From: Chrysomallon squamiferum
Lineage: Eukaryota > Animalia > Mollusca
DNA length: 64,000 nucleotides
Reading direction: 5' to 3'
NCBI GenBank assembly: GCA_012295275.1
Contig: CM022679.1
Span: forward strand, 28,954,001-29,018,000
The notes under the pieces were generated by a model. The model was not told where the DNA came from and made no database searches. It saw only the letters and a program-made list of their open reading frames with translations. The position numbers and the translations under genes are program-made. Of this stretch, positions 27,473-38,266 are shown piece by piece (position 1 is the first letter of the stretch; each line of letters opens with the position of its first letter).

Positions 27473-28813
27473 ATGTTGTCAGAACTCGACAGTATTTTAG
27501 GGAAAAATGGAAAGCGCACCTCGCTGCTGGGAGGAAATATTGGTATATGCGAAACATCAGCCGATGGAATGTTTTTAATTCATTATTTTTTGAATATCAA
27601 CATAAAAGAAAAGCGTCCAGTTTGTTTTGTGTCTTTGACTCAATCTTTTAATCATTTTTGTTCTGTAGCTCAAAAACTAGGAGTCAGTTTGCAGGCGGCA
27701 AGAGAAACTGGTTATCTAGACTTTGTTGAAGGAATGAAACATGTTGGCGATGCTATTTATGAACAAGCTTTGGAAGTCATAAATGACACATATCAAGAAA
27801 ATGAAGACAAAGACCCTTTCTCCCAAATAGTTAAAATCCAAACACTGCAACCACTTCTAATGCTGCTAGAAAATAAAATTGATAAACTTTTTGACAATTA
27901 CAGATGTATGCCGGTCGTTATTATCGACAACCTGAGCTTATTGTTGAACATAGGCATCAGCCACAGAGATATTATAACATTTCTTCACTATCTTAAAACT
28001 TACTTGTTAAAAAACATTAAGGAGCCTGGTTTATTGATTACTATGGTAACCAATACAGAAAACGATGGGCAAGCAGATTTGATGTGGAATTACATGTGTC
28101 ACACAAGTTCACTGACACTCCATGTTGCTGGACTTCAGAGTGGATATTGTAAAGATATTCATGGAGAGGCAAGATATTTGTTCATTCCTTTTAGCATTTT
28201 CAAAAAATAATGATTTGAAACTTGTTATAATTATATATGTTACACTGATTATGCCAATATATATATTTTATTATTACTATATCTTATTATTAGGTGATAT
28301 TGTTTTCTGAATATATATGAATGAGTTTCAATCCATGGCAGAGTATATATATACATAAAAATAAATAAAAATAACACTAATAATTATTTAAAAAATCCAA
28401 ATAATATAAAAAACTTGTGTCATATTGCAATATGATGATCATCTTAATAAAAATAGTGTTTATGTATCCACACATTAATACCTCCTTTTAAATATTTTAT
28501 TATTACCAACTATTCAGTGAAAAGGCTATTGTTGCATCTGATCATTATAACCTTATTTATAAATAAAGATTTTATTACAAGCCATTTTCAAAAGCCTAAA
28601 GTCAGAACTTTAAGAACAATTACAGCTTTGCTTACCTGTATTTTATATTCAGTTTTTTACAAGTTTTAAATATTTATTTTATTTCAGATGTCTGTTGTTT
28701 GGCGTGATGGTTACCACAAACAACAAGAAGCATCGTCACAGAAGTTACAGTTTAAACTGACAGAAAAAAACATTAAACTCTTTGCAGCTGGAATGTCAAC
28801 AATAGTTCTGTGA
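27473..28813 (+). CDS. ELP6: Elongator complex protein 6; exons 27473-28168 and 28688-28813 (GC-AG intron)
   Basis: ADGMFLIHYFL, VCFVSLTQSFNHFCSVAQKLGVSL, VIIDNLSLLLNIG, GLQSGYCKDIHGE|MSVVWR, and C-terminal QFKLTEKNIKLFAAGMSTIVL* match ELP6. Confidence 0.92.
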
Positions 28814-29532
28814 TAAAATTAAACAAAATCTTTGTTTGTTTATATCTTTCTTTTTTGTTATTTTTTAACAGTAACAAGCATTTAAAATGAATTTATAATC
28901 ACTGTTACAAACATTTGTAGCTAATTTCATTTTTTTTAAATTTGTATTATCAAGCTTAAAATATACAGATGTTCACACACAATAAATTTACAAACAATTA
29001 AAGGATTTATCATTTCATAGCTTCATCTGTTTATTATTATGTATCATAAAGACTGATCTGTACAGTTCAGACATTAAATCTGACCACAGGTGAGAGAAAG
29101 TACTGTCAGGAACTGGACTTTCTCTTTTATTAACAAAATAATGAGTTTGATGTGACCGTCTTGGTAACTAGACTAAATGTAAATATTGTGATATGTGTTG
29201 TACAAAGCATCATACAGCGCCAGGCCAGAGGATAAATTATATTTTATTTATTCCTCCGTCCTTACATAAAATACTTCCATTAAACTGTTCATAGTTAACG
29301 GAATCACAAGGAAATAGAAGTGTTTTCAAGATATTTATGAATTTCTTTTCCTTTTATTGATATTATATTTATATTTACATTTATATAATTTATTTGTATT
29401 CTTGTTCTTAATCCAATTAATTTGCAGAAAAAATATATAAATGGTATAATTATCATACTTTTATGAATTTTACTTAATAATTTTAGGTGTTATTAATATG
29501 TTTGTAGAATTAAAATAATTTTTTATCTTGAA

Positions 29533-29584
<52 letters not shown>

Positions 29585-29873
29585 TACATATCAGTCAAAA
29601 CGAATTTCTTGAGTAAAAAAAAAAACTAATGTCGAACAAAGCAACACTCCGGAAACGCAGAAGTTATCTTTCTTTGATTTCGGAAACCGAAAGCAGGAAA
29701 TGCTGCAAGAATTGCTGTAGTTAAGTTTTTTTTTTTTTAATAATTTATTGGTTTTGTTGATTTTATTATAGATCAGATGATTAAATATTATTACTAGCAC
29801 CAGTAAAACCCAGAAAAAACCAGAAAAATAAAAAATAATTAACATTTATGTGTTTTCAGGACGTCCTTTCAAT

Positions 29874-30261
29874 ATGGCATCACATGTAGAACAAATGTGG
29901 CAAATAACAACTCAGTTATATTCCTCAAGAAACACACACTCTGACCTTGTTATCGACGTTGAAGGAAGGAAACTATATTTCTTCAAACAGCTTCTGTGTT
30001 TAGTGTCACCAGTGTTTGAACGCATGTTTCTCTCAGATTTCAAAGAAAAGCAAACAAACACAATCAGTCTGGTAGGGAAAAAAATTTCACATATTGCTAT
30101 GTTACTGGCATGGATTGACCCAGCTTTCGACTGGAATTTACAAGGTATTTTAATTACAAAAACATGAAATAATGAATTATCTGGCTTTTGCTGAATTCAT
30201 TTTAATAGCAGTTTTAGATGTTACTGCTAATTATCAGCTACATTTTATTTTGCAAATAAAC

Positions 30262-30311
<50 letters not shown>

Positions 30312-31145
30312 TACAATAAAGTTTAAAGGTGTACATTATGTCTATATTTTCTTACGTAGTTTTATATCAAATTTTAATGTTCACTGTCAAGTTTTCTTTT
30401 GTTTTTGTTTTCTTATTCAACCATTTCATTTCTGTTTTTGTTTTTTAAATATAAGAAAACAAAAAGTATTTTACAGAGAGAGAGAGAGTATTCAGAATGG
30501 GAAATTAAGTTATTTATGAAAAAAAAAGTCTTAAAATTAAACACTTCGAAATAGAATATATCAAGGCAAGTATGGAGGGCACTTGCTATCAGAGCCATAG
30601 TAAAAATCGGAGCCTGTATAAAACTTTCTCTAATAAATTAAACATTCAAGTGACATTTTATAACCTGACAACACTCCTGATCATTCTCACATCGTGAATA
30701 TAAACATAATTGTATTTATATTATATTATATTATATTGTTCACTTTTGTTATTTTTCTTCGATAGAAAATGATGCAGCAATTCTGTTGCCCTTAGCAGAT
30801 GAGTATAACATTAAACTTCTTCTTGAATCCTGTGAGAAAATTCTCTTGTCTGTGCTTCCGTCATCAAGAATTGAAAACCTTCTACGATATCTTCTGATGG
30901 CTTACAAGCATAACTCGACAAATCTCCTGAAAGCAGCAAAGGATCAAACTGCAGAACTGAGGCTACAGGATCTACTGTCAAATAAAGAACTGTATAAATC
31001 CACAGATGGTTCTGTATTGACAGACATTTTGGAAAAGAAATTAGAAAGAATGGAATCTCGTAAGTTTACATTCGATATTTTAGTCAGTATTAATATTAAT
31101 ATAACAAATAGCAATAACAGGACCGGCGATATTAATAAAATCTGA
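29874..31145 (+). CDS. BTB/POZ plus helical (BACK-like) protein, module A copy 1; exons 29874-30144 and 30766-31145 (or to donor at 31059)
   Basis: SDLVIDVEGRKLYFFKQLLCLVSPVFERMFLSDFKEK is a BTB signature, and LLPLADEYNIKLLLESCEKIL is the BTB C-terminal helix. Confidence 0.85.
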
Positions 31146-31523
31146 ACATTCCTTGAGTAGGAGTCAAATTGATGAGAATCTGAGTATTAATGTATAATGC
31201 TATGTGACCACACTGACAAAGATCTATAGATTTGTAGATAAAAGATGACATTTTCCCTTCCGCGCACTTTATCCTGAATGTCCCTCTATACTGATCAGTC
31301 AGTGTTCTGTAGATATTTATTTAACTGTATATTCGTTTTTCTTTTTATTATTATCAATTGTTGATGTTTGTAATCTAGATATATCTTTATTATTTATTTT
31401 AAAAAGTGCTGTTTGTTTATTTTTGTGTGTCCATGCGTGCTTATCTGTGTTTGACTTGTGTGCAATTGCATGTGTCCGTGTATTACATGGTTCACAGTTA
31501 TTTATTATTTTTTTTTATATATA

Positions 31524-31559
<36 letters not shown>

Positions 31560-31565
31560 TTTTTT

Positions 31566-31599
<34 letters not shown>

Positions 31600-32706
31600 C
31601 ATTATGATTATTATTTTTTTTTTTTTTTTTTTTTTATAATGATTATAAAATTTGGTTGCGCTGTTGCGGAATAAAGCCTTAATGAGCTTTCAGTGAAAGC
31701 CGAGTGTGTATTTGAATATCGAGTCACACCCAAAACACCTGTTAAATCAATATATGTACAAGAATTACAAATAAATATTTCTATAATTCAATTAATATTT
31801 TCTGTACTTAAAAAGATACTCCAAATCGAATGAAAATTCACATATTTTCAATGTCTGTATCAAATACAGCCACGACGAAAAGAAACTTTACCTTTGTAAA
31901 ATTGAAATTAAAGAACAGTTAAAACAAATTAACATTTAATCAATGTAAAACATGGAGAAACAGTGTGCAGAAACCATTCATATACCACGGTTAGGAAGGA
32001 AAACACGAAAAGCTCGTGCCTAGTGGACAGCAGCAACTGAACGTGCAGCTAAGATATGAGAATGGTTTAGATGGTGTATCACATATCTGTATTATCCACG
32101 AAAACCATCACAGGAATGCCGCAAATGACTCGAGCAACGAGAGAGATAGAGTGGATGTAATAAAGATGATGTTTACATTTTGCTGAAATCAACTTGACAT
32201 GTCCTAATAAAACACCAGATTGTTGTCATGGATCACCATATTCGATAACACCCACACCATCCAACGAGAGCTCATTCACGCCTTGAAAAGCGGATGTCTC
32301 CGTACATCATTTCACTGTCTCAGACGGCAGACATCTTCTACGCATTCTAAATGTTCTGCATATACTGACTGCGTCCTTCTTGTCATTAATCTGAGCTGAT
32401 ATTGAACTTGAATAATTCTTCCTTCAATCAACGTGTTTTCTATGAAACTGAAAGTTTGAACACCAAATCACTTTGCCCATCGCAGACCTTATTATTATAG
32501 GTGATACGACTGTAATTTTTAGTGTTTTTAAGTTGTCATAACGATCTTTTCATATATTTTTCTTCATGCATAAATATTTTGTTATTTTTCAGCTAGAGTG
32601 ATTTAAAATCATGGTAAAGTTTCTTTTTGCAGTGGATATATCTTAGTAACAACACGCTTTCTGCTGTATAATGGTAGTGATAAATGTGGGAATTTTGTTC
32701 GTTAAG

Positions 32707-33247
32707 GTCAGCTATTTGGTTCCTCTCATGGACGCAGTGTAGGAAAGAAAGGGACGGAGAAACGTGCTGATGAGGTGAAAACACCCTCCAGATATTGTAA
32801 ATCAACGGATCTCTCAGACGTCACCATCATCGTGGGAGAGAAGAAACTTTATTTCTTTAGCAGCGTCCTCAGACAGGTGTCACCCTATTTTTCTAGCATA
32901 CTGGATGAAATGAATGGAAAGTTTGAAATATCACTGGACGAACACAGCGAAGTGTCAGCAATTGAGATAAAGGAAAAAGAAGTAAAAACGTCAAGCGATG
33001 TAGTAAAGGATGTCGAGTCAAGCAGTGAAGAAAAGGATAATGAGTCAAGCAGTGAAGAAAAGGATAATGAGTCAAGCAGTGAAGAAAAGGATAAGGAGGC
33101 TGGCACTGAATCAAAGAATAATGAATCAGACGATGAAGAGGACACAGAATATTTCAAGAATGTTTCGTTATTACTGGAATGTCTGGATCCAAATATTGAA
33201 AAGAAAAAAAAAGCGCGGTATGTTTATGGATATTGTTATTGAAATAG

Positions 33248-33315
<68 letters not shown>

Positions 33316-33896
33316 CTGTAACAAACGATTCCATTCTGAGTTTCTCTGATCAGATTACTTGGTGACCTTTGACCTACTACCAGACACAATATTCCTGATC
33401 GAAAGTGCAGACGAAAGAATCACTGTTTCTAATTGAATAAAAGTTGTTTTGATGGGGTCATTTATATGATGTCATATAACTGAACAGGTAACTGAGTTAT
33501 TACACAAAATAAAAGTACTATTCTTAAATGTTTCCTTTATAATGTTTCTTTTCTTCTTCTTGTTTTTATATTTGGTATTTTTTTGTATTTTTGTATATAT
33601 ATTTTTTATCCAGTGAAAGAAGCTCTCGACTTGTTCTGTTTATCTTTAAAGTACGACATCCCAGTTTTACATGAAACGTGTGAGACATTTCTCATGAAAA
33701 CAGATTCCTCATTTAGTGCACACGAACTGATTTATTGCATTCTGCTGGCCGATAGAGGGCGGTGTTCGGATCTATTGTATTCTGCCATTAAAAGATCAAA
33801 TCAGTTTAACATGTCTGAATTAAAAAGTCAAACTATTACAAACACCTTGATGCAGATACACGCATCAGGTTGCTTCAATTCAAAGCAGTAAACTGA
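32707..33896 (+). CDS. BTB/POZ module B copy 1 with acidic insert; two 1-bp indels in A-runs (~33205, ~33825), either pseudogene or sequencing error
   Basis: SDVTIIVGEKKLYFFSSVLRQVSPYF ... LSLKYDIPVLHETCETFL. Exons 32707-33217 and 33614-33896. Frame differs from copy 2 at both homopolymers. Confidence 0.7.
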
Positions 33897-34185
33897 ATAT
33901 TTGTCATTGAAAGCAATAAGCTGGATATTTTAGATTCAAAGCAGTAAGCTGAATATTAGTTCATTGAAAGCAGTAAGCTGGATATTTTAGATTCAAAGCA
34001 GTAAGCTGAATATTTGTGATTCAAACCAATGAACTAAATATCTGTTATTCAAAACAGTAAACTGAATGTGTGATTCAAAGCAGTAAACTAAATATTTGAG
34101 ATTCAAAGCAGTAAGCTGAATATTAGTGATTCAAAACAATGGACTGAACATTGCATTTTCAAAGCAGTAAAATGAACATTAGTGA
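33878..34185 (+). repeat. ~28-bp minisatellite starting at the BTB-B last codons and stop; counterparts at ~45912-46165 and ~53925-54150
   Basis: ttcaaagcaRtRaactgaatattagtga repeated ~8-11 times per unit. Confidence 0.9.
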
Positions 34186-35254
34186 TTATAGTTCAAAGTA
34201 ATTAATAGTTTACAGTTGTTTGTAAATTAAAATCTTAGCATTTGTTCATTCAGAAGAAGCAACAACAACAGAAAGGAAATGTGAAATGTTATACCAGCAG
34301 TTTACAGAATCACCTTAAATATTTATAACTATCCAGTACACATTTGTAACAACATATGATATGTGTATATTAATTTCTTATATTGGTTTGAAGAATAAGT
34401 CACTGCGGTTCATAACTGATTCAAATTTATTGCAGAGGCATTGAAAAACTTGTTATTGGGAAGAAATGTTAAATAACAACGAAGAATACGTTTGTGATTA
34501 AATTACATCTTGTTGTCATTTAAGCTTAAGTTTTATTCTATGTAATGATTAAATCTGATTTAACCGCAATGATTTAACCTGCCAATAATGTCGGGTTTTA
34601 TTATTATTAATTATGATTATGAGTATTTTAGTTATTGTTATTGCTGTTACTGTCATTCGTTTTACACGCTACTTCTACTACCACTAGTACTCCTTATTTA
34701 TTTGTTATCTTTACCGCATACATTGTTTTATTCATAAATTATTTTATTATGTTATTTTATTTATATCTTATTTGTATAGTTTCTCAAAAACACTTGTTTT
34801 CTTACACGTTGTTACTTGCTTACGTTTCAGCATCCTGGGTTTATCGTAATAATATGGTTTTAACAATATTTTGTATAGCTAAAGAAATAAGAGCAGGTAA
34901 ATACGTGAAGATATGTATCTCCAGGGTAAGTTTTACAGCATCCTTATTTCGACAGAAAATAACGTTTCTGAATTTTAGTACACACATTTTTGCGGTAAGT
35001 TACTAAGTCTTAGTAAGATATTGTTCAAAGTTTCTTTAAATATAGGATGCTGCCTGATGATGAAAGTGTTTAATTTTTGAAGTGTAAATGCTGATGATTT
35101 GTTTTTTCTTCTTCATTTTACTTAATTTATAAGTTGTTTTAGAGATTAATTTCAAGACGTCTATAATGTTTCTTTATTTTATATTTATATATTACGTGCT
35201 TTAGTTTTGTTTGATAATTTAGAAAATACCGTCTTGTATATCTTAACGTTCTAT

Positions 35255-35938
35255 AAGCAGACCAGGACGTACACTGTGACGATATTCAAGTACGACATAA
35301 CTCCCGTCGGAGCCCCGGGAAACCACTGCATATACAACGTACTGACTAGCGATAATTCGGGCTCCAAGACTTTGAGAGCGGACACCGGACTGTCGACAGA
35401 CGTACCTTACATGCTGAACCTGTACAAACTGAAGCGCGACAGACGAGACAAAGTGCATGCGACCTTAGCAGAAAATGTCTGCTCGGACAACGTCGTCAAA
35501 CTCGTGAAATGTCTCGCGAACAGATTGGATGTAATGGGGGGACAAATACAGAGAGAGCTGATATCGATGCAGCAGAAACACTTGTCGGTAGAAGACACCA
35601 TTAAGACTATGATATGCCACAGAATTGACGAGATAAACGAGCAGAACCCTGACGGAAATATCGTTGCAGGTTCTCTCGTGGTCGAACCCGCGCAGAGATC
35701 GCTTGGCGGAAGATACCTCCCACACTGTCCAGCGACTAACGAAAGCACCGACCCGTTCGGAAGCAAGACGCACCGCCTCTACGACAGAAAAGGAACCAGA
35801 CCGAGACGACGAGCGCCGCTCGGACAAGAGGAACTACTGAGACAGCGCAGAAGGAGAAGCAGGAGCAGACATCGACATGGCCGCGTACTACAGCGTCATA
35901 CTGAAGCCCGCAGTCGGAAGGCCGATGAGAAACTTTAA
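35255..35938 (+). CDS. 5'-truncated unknown viral ORF upstream of, and overlapping, NS1 (NS2/NS3-like position)
   Basis: ~227 open codons from the insertion junction, with viral base composition. No family recognised. Confidence 0.45.
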   Translation, partial: KQTRTYTVTIFKYDITPVGAPGNHCIYNVLTSDNSGSKTLRADTGLSTDVPYMLNLYKLKRDRRDKVHATLAENVCSDNVVKLVKCLANRLDVMGGQIQRELISMQQKHLSVEDTIKTMICHRIDEINEQNPDGNIVAGSLVVEPAQRSLGGRYLPHCPATNESTDPFGSKTHRLYDRKGTRPRRRAPLGQEELLRQRRRRSRSRHRHGRVLQRHTEARSRKADEKL

Positions 35939-37592
35939 GTTAGCGCAGGTCTTCCAGCGCCGTTATTTTAATCCGACGGTGAGGATGGGCAACGTCGAAA
36001 GAAGAAATAGGCAGGGCAAGATCTTTTAAACACGACAAAGTCGTTTCTGACTTCGTCACACACCAGTCCAGACGCTTTGGGCAACACCTGCCGGCAGTCT
36101 CTGGTGGTGTCGCACAGTCTCTGGTGGTGACGGACTCGACCAGCTGCGCCACGTACGAGCACCTGCACGTTGTATGCACCAAAAAGGGAGAAGGTCACAC
36201 CATCCACCACGACGCCGAACTGCGAGCGGTGAAGAGATACGGGGCCAAGTGCGGATACCAAGTGCAGGTGCAGAGAGTCAGGAACCTGACGTCGTTCTTG
36301 AAGTACCTCAGAAGAAAACGCCTGGGATACACCTGCTTGGGAACGAACTCCATGCACTTGGGATACACGTGGAAGAGAGTGGACCCGGACGAGTACGACG
36401 ACGACATCGGAGAGGTCACCGACGGCTTGACGGTGGAAGAGCCGACGAAGTCCAGAAAGAGAAAGGCGGACGAAGTCGAACCAGACTGGAGCTTCGACTC
36501 GGAGGAGGAGGAGGAGGAGGAGGAAGGCAGAAGAAAAAAAGGAGGCTGGACACCTTCGACGAGTGGGATCCGGCGATCATCAGAGGGTTGTTCTCGGACG
36601 ACGCACCTCGTTATTCGACTCCCGTCAACTCCGACGACGTGGGCCTCTGCAACGTCGACGGTCCGACCGCGAGAGACGTGGTACCAGGAGCTCCAACGAA
36701 AGAGCGCAAGAAGAAAAGGAAGAGAGGGATCTCGCAGGTCCGAAGATGCGACAGGGAGCTCGTTCCCGACGTGCCGTCGACCTCGACGGACCACTGCTAC
36801 GACGGACATTCGAGTCGAAACGGTTGAAGTTCTCTAAGAACACCACGCAACTGACGGACGTGCTCACGAACTTGATCGAACTCGCCGACGCACACTCCGA
36901 GAAAGACCTAGTCGAATGGGTGGCGAAGCACAGAGACGTGAGCGACGGCTTCTGCCAGTACACGGGGCACGGGCGACTCGGAGGTTTCATGTACCTCAAG
37001 ACTCACGCGTCGTATCAGAGGATGGTGAAAGAGATCCTGTCCAGCAGAGCGTGTGATAACGATTGCGATTTCATCTCGTTTCTAGAGAAGCTCGAGCTGC
37101 CCGAGGAAAAGAACGGGATCGCAGTGGCAGAACCTGAAGAGAGCGCCGTCAACTTTATGCTCTGGCTGGAACTATGTGGCCTGCATCCTCCAGGTGGCTG
37201 GCAAGATCCTCAGCTACTAGAGAAGAAAGATACAGAGAGGAACTGCATATTCGTCACCGGGCCTTCGACGATCGGGAAGAGCTACTGGTTCATCGAACCG
37301 TTAACACTGCTGCCGGACCACTCCGTGGGGAGGGCGGGCAAAGACAAACGTTTTGCCTTTGAGTCCTGTTCGAACAAGAGGCTCGTACTGGTAGACGAGG
37401 GGAACATCACTCCGGCTATCGTCGACCGCTACAAGAGCCTCCTGCGAGGGAACGACGTCGAAGTGGAGGTCAAGTGTCGTCCTCCCGTCAAGATCACCAA
37501 AACGCCGATACCGATGTGCAGCAAAACCGACGTTGGTTTCGGCGTGAAGCCTTCAGATGTTGCGGCCATCAAAAGGAGGATCTGGACTTTCG
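35877..37592 (+). pseudogene. NS1: Frameshifted NS1/Rep: HUH endonuclease, acidic/basic linker, SF3 helicase
   Basis: EHLHVV (HUH, 36160-36168), FLKYLRRK (catalytic Tyr motif, ~36304), RNCIFVTGPSTIGKSY (Walker A, 37259-37282), LVLVDEG (Walker B), KSLLRGNDVEVEVK (B'), AAIKRRIW (Arg finger). The pieces lie in three frames. Confidence 0.85.
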
Positions 37593-37770
37593 AATACGTT
37601 TTCATAGTTATAACAAATGCTTGTGATATTAGTTCTTCTTTTATTTGCTTTTGTACAATACGAAACTTTAACACCCTGCTTAGTAAAAAACAAGTTTTTG
37701 AACTGTACGACAGTGTACGCTGGATTTTACTTCGTTAGCAGAACTGCAGCATCACTGGCATCCAGTCTCA

Positions 37771-38190
37771 CATGCACCAGCGTATCAGTGAACAGCATTC
37801 AGTTGTCTTGTCACTTGCTTTTATCAAAATGAATCATGAGCATTAAAATTAATCATGAGTATTAAAATTAACCATGAGCATTAAAATTAATCACGAGTAT
37901 TAAAATTAATCATGAGTATTAAAATTAATCATGAGTATGAAAAAAACAGCGCCACCGACCTAGCGGAAGAGAAACGTAATATTCTACCTACACGTTGGTA
38001 TAAATAAAACGAACTGATTGATCGGACAAGGTCAACTTCAGTTAAATTCAAGATTTCAAGAATGTTAAGCGACGCGTGACTGTTACTCAGTTTAATTAGA
38101 GCAGCCAGACTGAGTCTGTTTTGTTGTGTATCGAAATGACTGTGCAGTTATTATTTTTATATGTACTGTGTTTTAATGTTAACAGCTATA

Positions 38191-38266
<76 letters not shown>

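Larger units (their letters stand above)
35255..37592 (+). mobile_element. Endogenous viral element, parvovirus/densovirus-like non-structural region
   Basis: Abrupt GC/CpG-rich intronless island with HUH and SF3 helicase motifs. Absent at the paralogous sites in array copies 2 (~46419-46443) and 3 (~54413-54437). Confidence 0.9.

Noticed and set aside
33195-33830. Firm pseudogene call for BTB-B copy 1
   Set aside because: Both indels are in A homopolymers, typical of long-read errors, so it cannot be decided without reads
33878-34185. ~28-bp regular repeats near a viral sequence, superficially CRISPR-like
   Set aside because: Units are contiguous with no unique spacers, there are no cas genes, the context is eukaryotic, and the repeat derives from the BTB-B stop region
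35255-37592. Helitron or other HUH transposon as the explanation for the island
   Set aside because: The helicase motifs are SF3, not the PIF1/SF1 type of Helitrons, and there are no TC...CTRR ends
35243-37674. Several minus-strand ORFs over the EVE as an ambisense capsid gene
   Set aside because: They overlap the NS region, have no capsid or PLA2 motif, and are expected in GC-rich DNA
37832-37940. 19-bp tandem repeat near the EVE right end as a viral terminal structure
   Set aside because: It lies in the host spacer, and two units also occur in the EVE-free copy at ~46683-46712
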